From the NCBI GenBank assembly GCA_030141605.1, contig JAQGDQ010000130.1, forward strand, positions 1 through 64,000: a stretch of 64,000 nt of DNA. The letters are read 5' to 3'. The translations under genes and the position numbers were made by a program. The notes under the pieces were generated by a model. That model did not search any database. It saw only the letters and a list, made by a program, of their open reading frames with translations, and had not been told where the DNA came from. The stretch's first letter is position 1; the number at the start of each line of letters is the position of its first letter. Source of the DNA: Tubiluchus corallicola. Its lineage: Eukaryota; Animalia; Priapulida. This document shows positions 11,225 through 33,406 of this stretch, piece after piece.

Positions 11225-13484
11225 GCTTAAAAACCAATTGTTATAGTTCTTACTAATTAAAAATAAGTGGGTTGTTTAAAACAAGTTTGAAAAAGTTTGT
11301 GAATTTAGTTAGGAGATATTAAAAATGTTAGCACCATGGCACACTCTGTACAGTTTTCATATGCCTTATTAATGTGCTTCCTGATATATTTTCAAGTATT
11401 ACTTCATTTAGTTGAAAATAAATGTGGACGTCTTTATGGACAATGTGTTAGTTCACAGGCTATTTCTTTGTTACGATTACCCTTCGGGGCAACGCTCTAG
11501 GCAAATTTCGTTAGTCTGGGCAAGTTACAATAAACCAATAAAACATTGTCAAATCGTGTTTTATAAAAACTTTATTCTAGTTAAATTCATTCTCATAATG
11601 TGCTGAATAACAAGGAAAAGAAATTGATTTAAAAATAATTAACTGTTATATTGTGACATATTAGATACTTATAGAACTGTACTTAGATTTACCACATATT
11701 ATAGCAAATGATGCATCAATATTATAATATTATTAAAATCATGATCGGTACATTAGAAAAGCTAAATTTATTTCAAAATCTAGCAGATGACGACACTGAA
11801 CTTACAGGCAGTATTATTATGGTATAACATGTGCAATTCCTGCCAGCTAGTGATAAAAAACAACAATGTAGCTATCGCTCAAGTAAGTTTAAAATGTGTA
11901 TCATTAATTATAGTTTGCAAGAGACACAGACTGATCTTTAAAACAAAAATATCATTGTTGTACATTGTGCTGACTGTGCAAACCCCATTTGCATGCAATT
12001 TGTAAATGCTAAAGACATTATGACATCCGCATTACAAAGTGATTAAACTATTAACAGCGCATCAAATACTCATGTATTGGAACTCATGTCCTAGGGCAAT
12101 GGAATCAGATGAAGAATTCTTGGCTTTCGTAGTGCATCTATAAACAAATGATAACTACAGAATAGGACTATAAACTAATTTGGCTGGCTTTTACATTAGG
12201 TTAATAAAAATTCGTGCACACAAATGATGCCTACATGATTGTTTGAAAAAGCACAGAATGACTACATAACGCCAACAAGATAAAATCATAAAGCAAACAA
12301 GAAAAGTTACGATAATCTTAAAATATTCTGAACATCGGTAAATTTTTACTGTAATTAAACAAAAACAGGACCTAATTTTAAATAACAGTTCGAAATGGCA
12401 TACGGTTTTAAAAGGAAATATTGTTTTTTAAGAATGATGTAATAATTAATTCAAAATGAATTAATAATGACTCAAAAATAATTGCTAGGCAAGGAATCAT
12501 GTTAGTCCAGTAAACCGAGCTTTTAAACAAGAAATTCTGCTGTGTTTTGTTTATTATTGTTACACAGCATTGCTGTATTTTAATTTTCCCCGTTATCAAC
12601 AAGTACGAGATGCTCACACCTGGAAAGTTCCTGTCAATGGAAACTTTTTACCCCGTATTTGCGGGAGAATTAATTTTCTATGTTATCCTTTAATCATCAG
12701 AAACACTTTGGTAATAATTACAAGTAATAAAATGTGTATTTTGTTGCAGTGGTGGTCAAACGAATTACAGTCTGAAAATTGTCTTGTTTGCGTTTAAGCA
12801 AAATTCAACTTGAGTGAAAGAATTGTTTTGGTTCTGAAATAACACGACATAAGTACCTTTTCTGAGACACAGAAGACTGATACCGTATTGCAATTATATC
12901 TTCTATATCCTTAACTCATCGAAGTAGCTAATTAAGCTGTAGAGCCTGTTCAAAGAAGTGGTATCATGCTCAAGAAAACTAAATATGGCATAACAACTTT
13001 AGAGGAAGATCTAACAGAGACTTGATAATAATTTATAAACATTCTTAGATCATCTGATGATATACCAGTCAAATGTGTCCATTAAATATGCATATATAAT
13101 AGTACATACATAAATAATCACTAACCTAGTACACAAATTGTTAGGCCTACATTCATGCAAAGATTTAAAAAATCAACAATTTCATAGGGGTGCAAAGAAT
13201 CCAGGTTTACCAAATCAGGGACCTTAAAGACCGGAACCAGATCCCGTGTATAGGTAAAGCAATATTGTGCTTCACACAAAAATATTGTTCTATGTAACTT
13301 ACAAGATCTATGTCGATGCATGACATAAGCAACAAGAGCACTTGCTGCTACTACATTCCTTCTCATGTTGATAATCTGGATCTTATACTTAGTTTATTCA
13401 CTTTTTTAATTTAATTTATGTCTGAAATTTGAGCAGAACTTTGGCGAAAGTGCTCAGAATAATAATATTAAAAATGGAGTAAAG

Positions 13485-14190
13485 TACAGTAGAGTTCGCT
13501 TAAATCCACAGATAATAAATCCAGCTGCTCATTGTGGCCACCATGGCTGGAACAGAACTGCATAAAGCTTTAATCGAGTAAAATGCGCCGTATATTAAAT
13601 ACAAACTTCGCTTTATAAACCCATCTTACATGCTTTGAAGACAATAAAATTGCGACGTAGGAACCGCAGACTTGTCCTGCATTTTAACTTGAGCTAGAGC
13701 AGAGTCTTTGTTTTAAGTAAGTTTTACATCTTTGCATCTTTTCCACTTAATTCTTTGCCTTTAGCATTCTAATGCAGAAGCGTCAGTGCAGCACAAGATG
13801 AGAGGTTTAATTAGGTTAAACTAACACGCTGATTCTTGCTGACAAACTGTTGTGCGCGAGAATGTTGATGACTCAAATAAATATGAATGCTGAATCAATA
13901 TAGCATATCGCATTTCTTAAGTTTGCAAGCAGTTTATCACAATGTAAAGGCTAATGCATCATAGAGAAACAATACATACATCACCGTTAATAAATTACCG
14001 CAACTTAAAAACTTTTCGCAAAAGCAGTTTAACGAGTGTCAAGAGTATTGGCTTCATAAATAAACAATACATACTGTAATAACATTGAACGCGTTACTTA
14101 ATATGTCTCTTCGGTTTGTAAATCCAACTGCTTAATAAATTCATTTAACTTCCTACCTAGGTAGATTTAGTAAGCAGATTATACTTTATA
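13485..14190. mobile_element. Possible decayed pogo/Tigger-like MITE
   Basis: Left end TA-CAGTAGAGTTCGCTTA; degenerate right end TAAGCAGATTATACTT-TA. Confidence 0.35.
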
Positions 14191-14945
14191 TGCTAATATA
14201 TAACCACCCAATTTTATCGATACTTTTTACCGGATATGAATGGCTGGATCGCATCTGCACCCCTATAATTTGATGTATAAATAGCAACAGCACACTACCT
14301 AAAGGTTAAAAAAATAGCATTACTTTGTGCAATTGTTAATGAACAATTCATCCTTCATGTGCAGCTTCCAACATAGAAGTAAAAATAACTATAAGTAATA
14401 GATCAAATAGACTGTATGTGCAGTATATAGTAGTGTGTTTCGTTAATTTTTATATAATGCTATATCTTTTATTTGGTACATTTTAAATGCTATTTTATAT
14501 GGAAGAAATTCTGAAATAAAGGCTTAAATTCGAATTTAAATTCATTCACAGAGAGAAAGTAACTATTAGTGTTTCTGTGATTAGTAAAACAATGCTTACT
14601 TTCATCTCTTACAACTTTCAAACTTAACATTCACTTTCACAGATGCAGTGGTTTCTCACGGCTACCAGCATAAACTGCTGGCTAGAGCAAAAGATTTTGG
14701 CCAAACCGAGTACAAAGAGAATTGAGAAATATGGTTAGTTCCTTTTGGGTACATTGTTTATTTAACTGGATATCGGGTAGACTTGCACGATTTCTGAACC
14801 TTCAACGGTAGTGAGCATTTCACCAGAAACTGAGTGAAGTGTCATAAATAGAACTACGTGAAAGTTAAAGTTTTTATGAGAGGCCCAGTGAAAAGAGTAA
14901 AGAACGGTAAAATTAACACTAATCAGGACACAATCAGACCCAGTC

Positions 14946-21912
<6,967 letters not shown>

Positions 21913-22182
21913 TGTAACAGCACCTTTGTAATCTAAGAAATGGTAAAGAGAACATCATTGCATGGTCCACAAAATACTCACAGTCGTACCAAACTGGTAG
22001 CCAAAATGGGAAGAATTTGAGAATTTATTTGTCTTGTTCATGAGCTTATCATATTTACAATTTCCAAGCTTTAGTGTTGAAATGTTGGTAATATGAACAT
22101 TACAAGCACAGCAGTATTTGAAAACAAAACAAAACAACTAATCTAAACCTAGTCAAGCTGGCCACAAAAATTTTTTTTTGTA

Positions 22183-22762
22183 TTATCTCATGAGCTCAAA
22201 AGATGTCAGTAAGGAGGAGAATAAAATTTTTTTAAAGTTTTGAATATTTAAAAGCTGAATCGCGGATTACTTAATATCAGTTGAAAACAAATTTTATTTA
22301 TTTCCTACTGGTTAACAGTAACGTTTTAATTTTTTTTCAAACTGATATTTTTCATGCCTTGTTAGTTAGTTTTTTGTTTTGCATTACTAAATTACAGCAT
22401 AATTATCTATTATCTCATAGTCTCTTTCGCATATAATCTACAACACTACTCAGCCATTAATACACTGATTTAGCAGAAAATACGATACTTTTAAGCTTCC
22501 ACTACAATAATCGGCATTATACAAAATGGCAACCCTGGCTGATAGTTAACTGTAGAAAAACAAGGCAGCATCCTCGCTAAAACTACGATGTTATAATAAT
22601 TACTGCATTTTGTTTTAAATTAAAAACACACATTCATTATATGACTGCATTAGGTAAGCATATATGAACATACAAAAAATGATAAAATCCCCCCCCCCCC
22701 GAGTATGCAACAAAAAAATATAACCCAGGTGATTAGACAGAAACAGAAGTATTTTTATTGTC
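22183..22762. repeat. Interspersed repeat copy C
   Basis: Colinear with copy A from CTCATGAGCT to GAAACAGAAGTATTTTTATTGT. Confidence 0.85.
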
Positions 22763-24167
22763 ACCCTCATTCTATTAAGTATTTCTTTTATTTCTTTGCA
22801 ATCTCTCAGTATTAATTCATCTACTATTTCCAAATGCAAGGGAATAAAACACCTTTCCAAAAGCAAGAATGTGGACTTTTGATTTTTCAAGACAACTATT
22901 CGCTCCATCTAAACTGGTTCAAGGAGCTACTCACTTGCAGTGTAAGATGTGACACCTCTAAGAAGCCTAAAAATTAATGTCTTCTCTTCTATAATAGTTC
23001 TCTATGATTTATTTTATACATAAATGCAACATAGATGATTTAATGGCAATACAAAGGTAAGCACGTGGTAATGTTACAAAATTTTATTAACTCTGTCTGT
23101 ACCATATACTAAGTAACCAAGTTAGCTGGGTTTGCTGTACTTGACTTTCCTTATTGAACAAAACATCAATTTTAATAAAATGTCTGTTCTCTACTATTTA
23201 GCAGTTGGGTAATATGTGTACTGTGAATAATCTTGCCATACAGATATTTGGCCTGAAACACACCACACTGCATCACCATAATACATACTGATTTACAGTC
23301 CCTTTTTTAGTTTTACGAATATACGTTGTTACACACATTAAAATATAGACTATTTTTCAAGTTACCACACTGTTACATTGGTGGAAAAATGACGACGATA
23401 TTCCCTTTCATATGAATACTAACTTATTTGCAATTTATTGATCCGAACAAATGATATACATGACTGTATGCATAAATTATATCTGAATGTTTACTACCAT
23501 GCACACAGAAAATACTGTTGCTGTCGGTGATTAAAAGGCATATGCAAATCAGTAAAATGGAACAAAACGTCAGTTTTATTTCATAAAAAATTAACTCTAT
23601 CCTCAAAAAGCAACTACCTAAAAATTTTATATATTGGAAATACATTACTGATCATAATAGAAAATGTAGTTGATTTAATAAATACAAACATGTAGTAATT
23701 GGTTAAAATGATTGAGTTCATTCACAAAAATATTAAATTATTAATTATGAATTAAATATTTTAGTTTAGACCCCAAAATAAAAATTTACTGAATTTTAGG
23801 TGTTAAAAGTGCAATCAACGCACTGGTGTTTCGGACCAAGAGAATTTCTTGTTACAGTACAACCACAGCTCAAGCTTTAGTTTAAATTACAACCATTACG
23901 ACATTAGTGAACTCGACTGTCTTACCAAACTTAGTTACCCATATCATTACTTACTACCCTTTCCTGCACCATTAACACAATGTTTTTAGTCATGATTTGA
24001 ATTAAATAATCATCATTTCCTTTACATGTTTTGTTAGAATTATATGACAATAACGTGTTTATACTCTATTAGTAATTACATTTTTAGGGAGGAGATAAAT
24101 AAAGCACGTTACGTCTTACTGTAACATACCGTAAACACATTAAATTAACAAAAACCAAAAAACTTAC

Positions 24168-24320
24168 GAAGCGGCCTACTCACTGAATATTCTCTAAGTT
24201 TAATATTACTTGTATACTTAACAAAATCTTAATAAATAAAAGTAATTTCCACCAATCCTGTTTTACAATTTTTACAACCCAAAAACCACGCAAAACACGC
24301 AAGCATCATTTGCTCAAAGT
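24168..24320 (-). other. Candidate non-coding first exon of Rap1
   Basis: Strong GTAAGT donor on the minus strand at 24162-24167, and coding exon 1 has an acceptor upstream of the ATG. The 5' boundary is a guess. Confidence 0.4.
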
Positions 24321-25288
24321 GAATTTCTCATTTTCTTTATTCAATCCGGTTTTGTTAACTACTCGAGTCACAACAGTTCAGCATCGTTGCTTGAGACTAG
24401 TTGCTTGTGTACTGCTGCCTAACCATGTTTGCACTTTACTTATATATACGCTGAATTTCGGCAACAAAATTAAAATAATGTCGAGGATTACTTATAATGT
24501 TGAATTTTGTGCAGCTTGCAATCCAGTCTCTACTCTCCTGCGTTCATCGTCAGTTGAACTGGCCAGTTGGCTTTCCTATTGTAATGGTTGTGTAAAACTA
24601 AGCCTTGATGAAGGTGTAGTTTACTGAGAGTGATGACTCATATCCATTTAGATAAAGAGATCCTAGGATATTCTGCTTGGCGAGCTAATCTGAATCTACT
24701 AACCTCGATCAAAATCGAATTTTTGGTGAAGAGAAGAACGATGGTGGTATCTAAAGTTACATACTTCCCTCTTGCAGTTCCTGTTCCTAAAAGGCAAAAC
24801 ATAATATTGCTGAAAGGTAAACTTCATAAAAAATTAAAAAATGCTTAAACTTGAACACCGTGAAAAGCTTTTTCAAGAAGCAAGTTCTGCAAACATCAGA
24901 ATAAGCAGGAATTTTATTCCAGCATATAGCGAAAATAACAGTGAAAGCGAGTGTTATATTATTATATTTTTCAAAAAACTCTGGCCTCGTGAGTAAGAAA
25001 ATGCTGGACGTGGCACTGTGACCATTTTAGATCATACTTTTTCGTGTGTTACTTACAACTCATAAAGTCAGTTGATTAGCATGCGAAATGCTAGGGTGGA
25101 GACTATACTGTCCAGCTGAATTAATTTTCAGCAGGAATAATTATGAAGCATCCGTAGACATTCATGAATCGTAAAAGTACAAGAAAAATTACTGAAAGCT
25201 TGCTTAGAGAATCTTTGTGTAATTCAAACAGAATCCACGCCCATATACATTAAGTGACTACTGATACCCGTATCTCCCCTCCCTCAGT

Positions 25289-28200
25289 AGGTGTGAGCAT
25301 CGAACGTTCGAGTTCGAACGTTCGAATTCTCTTCGAACCTAAAGTTATGGATTCGAATAATTCAGCATTTTAGCCACATGGATTCTTTACCACTAAAGTT
25401 TTTGCAATAATATCCAATTAGCGCAATTGGGCTGTAGTCTGTGCAAAATTTTTCAAATCAAATCAATTTATTTTTTCACTCCAGCAATACATATACAATA
25501 CATCAACATGCAATATTATTGAAAAAAAGAAACAGTATAGGTAAAAAAAGTTGATGAAGTCAAATTAATCAAATAAAAGAGTTGCTGTATGACACCTTGA
25601 AAGCTTGGCTTGTTGAGGTGGCAAAAATGAGTAAATGAAAGAATAATTAGGGTTAGTAAAGATGATGGAATGGAAAAAATAGTAAGATTAGGGATAGGAA
25701 GAAGGAAAAGGGGAGAGTGTATGTGTGTGTTTAATTTACGTAGAGCTATATTAAAATAGTATTATAATTGATTGGAGACCATATATTGCGACTGCATGAA
25801 ACACAAAAGCATTAAAATTGCATTATAAGTATGAATCAAGAATTGTTCTTTTCAAGTACTTTTTGAAACTATATATAGTTTTGTGTATTTTTACTTGGGT
25901 ACTTGTTTTATTCCAATTGTTGGGGGCAGTGAATTTAATAAAGTGCCTGGCACTAATAGTACGACAGTAAGGGACATGATATTCATTGAACCTTGTAAAG
26001 TAATGTTTAAGATTTGCTGTAATTGGATTTATAAAGGAAGTGGGAAACAAGTAGTAATATGTCTTGTACATATAAATAGACAAGTGATATATAACCAAGT
26101 ATTCGAGAATTATTATACCACATTCATTAAATAAGGACATACCAACAGTTGTACGTTTAGATAAATTGTTTAATATCCTTATAAACTTCTTTGATGCCTA
26201 GATAAACTTATTAAGTTGGATGGATAAGATGTTCCCCCTATAATGCAGCAATAAGTTAGGTATGGTAATACCAATGAATTATAAAGTGTTATAAGATGAG
26301 ATTTGTATAATTTATTTTTAATAAAATTAATTATTCCCAGATTCTTAGCAATTTTTAAACTGGTAGAATTGATATATGGTTTCCATTCAAGATTTTCATT
26401 AATTACAACGCCTAAGAATTTTATATTTGGAACTCTTTCCATTGCCTGTCCTTTAATGAATAAGTTAATGTCATTTGGGAGCCTTTTATTTTTAGAGAGA
26501 AATACAATGCATTTTGTTTTAAACTTTTAGTTGGATTCAATGACAATTTGTTTGCTTTAAACCAATCAGCTATTAATGGGAGTTTATTTTTTTCAGGCAC
26601 AGAATAAGATTGTACATAAAAAAATAATGTGGTGTCATCTGCAAATTGAAATAGGTTATTGTTGGTTAAGACATTGGACAGGTCATTGATATATATTAAA
26701 AATAATAGAGGGCCAAGAATGGAGCCTTGTGGTACGCCACACTTCATGGATTGAGGGCTAGATAGACAATTATAGCATCTAACTATTTGGCTTCTTACAG
26801 AAAGATAATTATTGAACCATTCATTTGGAATTCCTCGTATACCATAGTGGGAAAGTTTTTCAATTAGCACATCATGGTCAATGGTGTCGAAGGCTTTAGA
26901 GAAGTCACAGAAAATGCCAACAGAGATTGAATTGTTTTCGACAGTATTAACAATTTGTTCACAGATTTTAATTAATGCTAGCTCAGCGAATAGGCCTGAT
27001 TTGAATCCAAATTGACTGTTGTTAAGTATGTTATTTTTGATTAAATATTTGTATAATTGATTGTGCACACATCTTGCAGGTATCTTAGAAAAAAAGGGTA
27101 GCTGGGACATTGGTCTGTAGTTATTTAAGTTCGTGTTGTCGCCAGTCTTATACTAAAAGAGTGGTACTAAAAGAGCTTGTTTCATCTTGATGGGAACAAT
27201 GCTACTACTAAGAGATTTATTTAAAATATGAGTTACAGGTATTGATATTTGAGGAAATATATCTGCGATTATTGTAGGCATGTAGTTGTCAATCCCGGGA
27301 CTCTTGCATATTGCATATATTAAGAACTTTAGGAGTAACTGGATTAAAAAAGAACGAATTGGGGTAGTTACCTTTTAAGTGTTCTCTAAAATGATGATTT
27401 GACATATTAATATTCTCAGCAAGTGATGGTCCAACATTGGCAAAATACTCATTGAATTGATCAGCAGTTAATTTGTTATTTGTTTCGATTTTATTGTTGA
27501 TATTTAATTCAATTTGATTTTGCATTTTGCCTTTATTCATTATTTCCTTCATAGTTGTCCATGTCGTTTTTATATTGTTTTTATACATTTCTAATCTATG
27601 CTTATAATAGTTATCTCTAGACGTTTTAACAAGATTGTTTAATTTGCTACGATATCCTTTGTATTGATTTAAGAATGTAGGATCGTTATTTTTTAGTGTT
27701 GCTCTATACATTTTATTTCTGTTTCTAATCGAATTTAATAATCCAACGGATATCCAGGGTTTTTTGTTATGGTTAGGATTGATTTGTGTGCGTTTCTCTC
27801 TTATGTGCGAGCTGTAAATGTTAAATTTATCATAAAAATTTCTGTGGGTAAATTAGGAGCTTGCTCTTACAGGACGTCGTCCCAATTAGTACTAGATAAC
27901 TTGTTTCTAAGGGCTGTTTTGATCAAATCGTTGTAAATAGTTTTATTGCGGAAAGTCTTTTGCATAGGAGATGGTAGGTTAAAAACAGTGATTGAAAAAT
28001 AGGATAGTTGTCAGTGATATCAGTAAGCAGTATACTGTGGTTTGTGATGGTACTGAATGACGTTGGTGAAAATGTTGTCGATAATTGTGGCTGAAAAGTT
28101 AGTCATTCTTGTAGGACGTGTTATTGTTGGGAACGTGGAATTGGTAAACATTGAATCTAGAAAGTATTTGGTATCATTGTGGATTTGATGATTAATCAAA

Positions 28201-30100
28201 TTAATATTATAATCGCCCGTGATGTATAAATGTTTTCCTTGGTTACTGACTTTGGATATTACTCCAGAGATTTTATATGTAAACTGTAAAGGAAATTCAT
28301 CTGGAGGACGTAAATTGAGCCGATAACAATGTTCTTGTCCTGATTGCATAATATCTCAACAAAAATGGCTTCAATATCATTGTCAGAACGATTTATATCA
28401 TTACGGACAATAAATGGTAAATCCTCTCTAACGAACAATGCAACACCACCACCACCTTTATGTATTGTCCTATTAATAAATGAAGACGTGTAACCAGGTA
28501 AGTTAATCGAGGAACCAGTGTTATCCATGAGCCAAGTTTCAGACAGGGCAATCATGGAAAAATTTGTGCTTAACATCTGTAGATAAGCCAGAAAATGATT
28601 AAAATTTGCATTTATACTTCTAATATTTAAATGTATGTTTGACAAAGGGTTGTTGTCTGGCATATTGTAACCGTTACGAAACATTGAATTGAATTGGTCG
28701 ATATCATAATATTTACTACAATTTGGAATGTTCATGCTATTAAAGAAATTTGTATCGGAGTTGATTTTGTCTAGGTATTCAGTACTATGATTGATTAGGT
28801 TGCTGTTATCGTCAAATAAATTTAATTTAAAGGCATCACAGTCGATTATATTAGCAATATTTATATACCTGGCGACCAGAAAAAAATCTTCATCATCGAG
28901 AATCTTATTAAAAGGAAATATGTCTGCTAAGCAGTTATGGCAGAACCAGGCATTACTATCATGAGATAAATTAGTAAAATTAGGAAAACATTTAGACGAG
29001 AACATTTAAGATGGATCCATGACTCACAACAGTCACAATATATTTCATACTGATTAGTTTTGACAGGTCTAAAGCAAGTAGAACAAGGAGAACGAACTGC
29101 GGTCATAACTGTGAAGAAAGTACAGGAAAAAAACAGTAACAACAAAAACAAACAAACAAACAGACAAGCAACAACAACAATTCACAGGATAACGTCAACA
29201 CAGTCAAGGTCACGGAGAAAAGGAGAGTACAAGGCTATAATGGTTAAGTCAGGAGAAAATGTAGAGTAGGTATTGATCATGAAAAGGCAGGGTGTGTCAT
29301 ACGAAAATTTTTAAATCGAATTTAAATGCTGATGACTGTTTGTTAAAATGTGAATACAGAATTTTTGGTTGTAGATATGGCTAATTAACAAAACCTCAAA
29401 GATCAAATTTATGAATACTACAAGTGATTATTCATGTGCAGCAGTACATAGACTGAGAAAAGACAACAATTTTCGTACAGTGTACTACAGTAGGATACAA
29501 TCAGAATACATGCAAAAATACTACAGTTTATGCAGAAAACAGATTTCTATATCGTTATTACCAGGTTACTATAGCAATATACAACATATAATTATATCGT
29601 TGTGCAACAAAGAGTGAAAGAAATTAGTAGAAATATCAGATGAAGACAGGGTTAATTTTATGAAGTCAATATTATTAATAACCAAATGCTAAAATAGGAA
29701 TGTATGTCTAAACAAGTATAGTATAAATGAATAATGCAGTAGTAGAGTATAGCTGTAATATGATGCACTAGAATATTTCGCGTAAAAGGTCAAGGAGATT
29801 ATTGTTACTACATTAACATAGGGGTTAACTAAAGTCTAGCTGCAAGCTAGAAGTTCTTTCATAGCAATGACTTGTGAACGTTCAAGTACGTTTAACAAAC
29901 TAATAGTGGTTTTACTGCAGAAGATAATCATATTGTATGCGTGATCTTTGTAAAACCACTCTTTACTAATGGTTCGAAAAACTCAAAACTCAATCGAATT
30001 CGAATTCGATTCGAGTTCGAAATATGGAAATTCGGTTTGATTCAAATTCGAAAGGCACAAATTCGATTCTATTCGAATTCGCTTTTTGGTAGAGAATCAC
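25289..30100. mobile_element. Non-autonomous DNA element with TTCGAA-rich ends, interrupted by a LINE
   Basis: Clusters of TTCGAA/CGAATTC at 25300-25360 and 29970-30082 bracket the LINE; clean TIRs are not resolved. Confidence 0.5.
25454..29303 (-). mobile_element. Decayed non-LTR retrotransposon (L2/Crack/Daphne-like): PHD finger + APE endonuclease + RT
   Basis: CSTC..CDCCESWIHLKC..WFCHNC; HLNIRS, LSETW, GGGVALFV, GDYN, IIDNIF; SQFGFK, DFSKAFDTIDH, GVPQGSILGPLLFLIYIND, FADDT, KFLGV; multiple frameshifts; AATAAA plus (TTTGA)n tail; AAAATTTTT on both flanks (25445-25453 and 29304-29312). Confidence 0.93.
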
Positions 30101-30882
30101 TCCTCCCCTCGAGTGTGAGAAGAGAACTCCCCGGCTGAACTAGTGAAGCATTCAAGGCTCTATAATTATTAATGCCATGTTGTCCGCAAAAAAAACTTTT
30201 GGTGGTAAGGATAAAAAAGCTGTTTTGTTCCTGTAATAGTGAGTTAAGAACCACGATTACTCCTTTATGAGATCCTTCATGGCGGCCACATTAAATTTTG
30301 TCATACTGCCCTGACTTTTTGTCTTGTTGAAGAAGTCGGCATGCACATCTGAACATAGCAGGACAAATTCTGCACGGGCTTCGTAACGGACCAAATCATT
30401 ACAATGTAGTGAAAGTAAACGGGTACTCAGAATAAGTTTTCTGTTCTGCGTAATAATCTGGAATAATCTGCGTAAGGCAACCAACAAACGTTTTCCTTTA
30501 GTAAATAATTTTATTCTAATATCCTAAAATTGACGATGAAGGATGTTTTCAAAATGCTACTTAAAGGGGTAGAAAGGAGAATTTTAAACTACATCCCAAA
30601 AACATCCCTTACAAAGTTATATTACATGTACAATGTACTTTGCATTGCGCTTATCTGTTTGAAAGACTATGTCATTGGAAAAGAAAAGTCTGAATAAATT
30701 AAAATAAATTAAAAACAGAAAACCCATCTCAGTGTGCACCACCGATTCACCAAAAACACATTGTTGATCTTACTGACAATATAAAGTAACTTATGCTTAG
30801 TTAGCAATGGATATGATAAGATAAAATAAGATAAGATAAAATTGTCGTTATAAATTGTGTGTTTGTCATCATAAATCACGGC

Positions 30883-30992
<110 letters not shown>

Positions 30993-33406
30993 TATCATGA
31001 TTTGTATTGTATTGTAATATGCACCTTGTTCTGAAATAAAAGTATCCAATAAAAAAAAATCAATCTCTGTATCCATCCTACCCTACACACCTCATGGTAT
31101 ACATACCTGTACCCCTATCTAAAAATACATTTTTGATACAATTTCTCCTCTTTAATCGTGCCTTCCACCCCGACTTGCTGCAACAATGAGTTTTTCCTCT
31201 GATTAGATTACGTCCTCACAGCTTATCGAACGACTCTCTAATAAAACGCTTTCGCTGCAGAGAAATTCGCTAAGTCAGCGTTTAGGAGCCAAACACATCG
31301 GCTTCTTCTGCATCAATTTTGCCATAAAATGTCTCGTCGTATAAGATTATCTAATTTTTCCTCACCGTGACTCCCGTGGGACCTTTTTCAGATTAAGCTG
31401 TATATTACTGGAAAGCGCACGCATTTTATAACAGGGGTGACAGCGAGTGCGAAATGCATAAAAATGTCACGATGAAAGCAGTGTGCAATGGTTTAATGCT
31501 AATAAAATTTAATGCTGTAGAGCCTCGCTCTGTAATATTAAAATAAGGTTGGAATGTCCTATAAATCAGATACATTAGTTATCTAATTATTTTAGCTATA
31601 ATGTGTTGTTAATTATTATTTGGTTAAATATTATTAATAATATACATTATTATCTGATGTAATGTTGTAGTTATAAAATCGTCTCCAATGTGAAAAACCG
31701 TATAATATTTAGTGTAAACGCTTTAATTGGAAACATGTATTTTTACAGCTAGACTGCTAGATAATTGTAAGACTTATAATTTTAATTAATTTAAAATATA
31801 TGAATCGTAATTATTACTTATTAATAATTATTTTGAGCTTTTAAAACCCCATGTGTTGGACTAAGATAGTTACATATCACTACAGCCCAATTAACCAGGC
31901 ATCAAACATACGCAATACAATACACTTTGAGACAAATATTTTTTGTGTACATATTTCTTTTTCTGTTATGTCTCTTGTGTCTCACTCCTATGTTCTGTGA
32001 TTGTGCAAATGAAATTATGCTCCTGTGTTATTTTTCTTTTGTTTCTTATTTATTGTGCTTCTGTCTTTTCTATATGAGTGTATCCTTATTAGTGTGATAT
32101 CTTTATGAGTTAATAATATAAAAAACTCACCAAATAATTAGTTTTAGCAAATTTAAGTGATATTTTTTGTTTTTACTTTCTATTGTTCCACCTATACATG
32201 CAGCGGTAGTTTGAAACATTGTTTTCCTCGCTTCTTTATTGTGGGATTTTCTCTTCAATAAGTAAAGTTTCATCATGTTCGGCCAAGCAGGGCAAGGGAG
32301 TTGTACAAGTTTTAGAATGAGGTGGGTACATCACTTGATCTTGTATCGAGCCTTAACTGTGATCAAAAGTAAAATCTATAACAATTACAATAGTGTTACA
32401 ACGTCCCATAACGTTTATTCACATAAACATCTTATTTTGTCCTATTTCAAGTGGCAATCTTTCATGTGCTGGTAGGAATTCATGATATCAAAATGCACAA
32501 TAGTTTCATTTTATAATTTTAATTGCCCAACAGTGTGCACACAAACTGGTAAGTATCTTACAGTCTTATAATAAGCTTAGTGCTAGCAGAACATACATTT
32601 ATTGATAGTACGAAAATCTAGCGGAGAAACACAATAATTATACCTACGGTAAATTCAAGGTCATGATTTTTAAAGGGAACTTTTGTTGTTTCCCTTTTTT
32701 GGTGTATAGATTTGGTGTACACCCATAAATTTGGTGTATAGATAAAAAGAGCAGAATATTCACACTGTTCTTAGTGAACAGCGACCAAAGTTAAGTAGCA
32801 CTGTGCCTTGTAAATGAATCTTGTTTAACTATTATTATGCCGAACGGAATAACCATGTATTTGAGAAAGTACGGTTTTATATGTATATGAGGTGTTCTAC
32901 AAAAAAGTTGTAACCAAGGCAAAACAATATTGTTTTGATCTAAAGTATTGTATACTGTACTATTCATGTACATAGATCGCAAAAAGCAAAACGGAAAACA
33001 ATAAGATAGGTAGGCATTTTAACTGTTCGCCTAACTGTTTTGATTTTTCTCGTTTCACCCACATTACAAATCGAAAATTTACTATTAACAGCATAAACAA
33101 GGTGGTCCAGTTACCGTCTTTTTGCGTAATTCGAACAATTAAACAGCAAATTTAAAACGAAAATTATTATACATTTTCAATTGGACACGTGCACCTAATA
33201 TGGTTGCATGACCGTTCGCCGTACTACATCCCACATGACAAACATTATATTTCCAACGCTTATAAAATCAACTGTGATAACGTATTGGTAGGTGCATGTG
33301 ATTTTGATTTTAAACATTTGAATAACTTTTATTGCTTTCAAATAACCACAAAAAGACTGAAATGCAGCCACTATTATATTTACGCATAGATATTGTAAGA
33401 AGCCCT

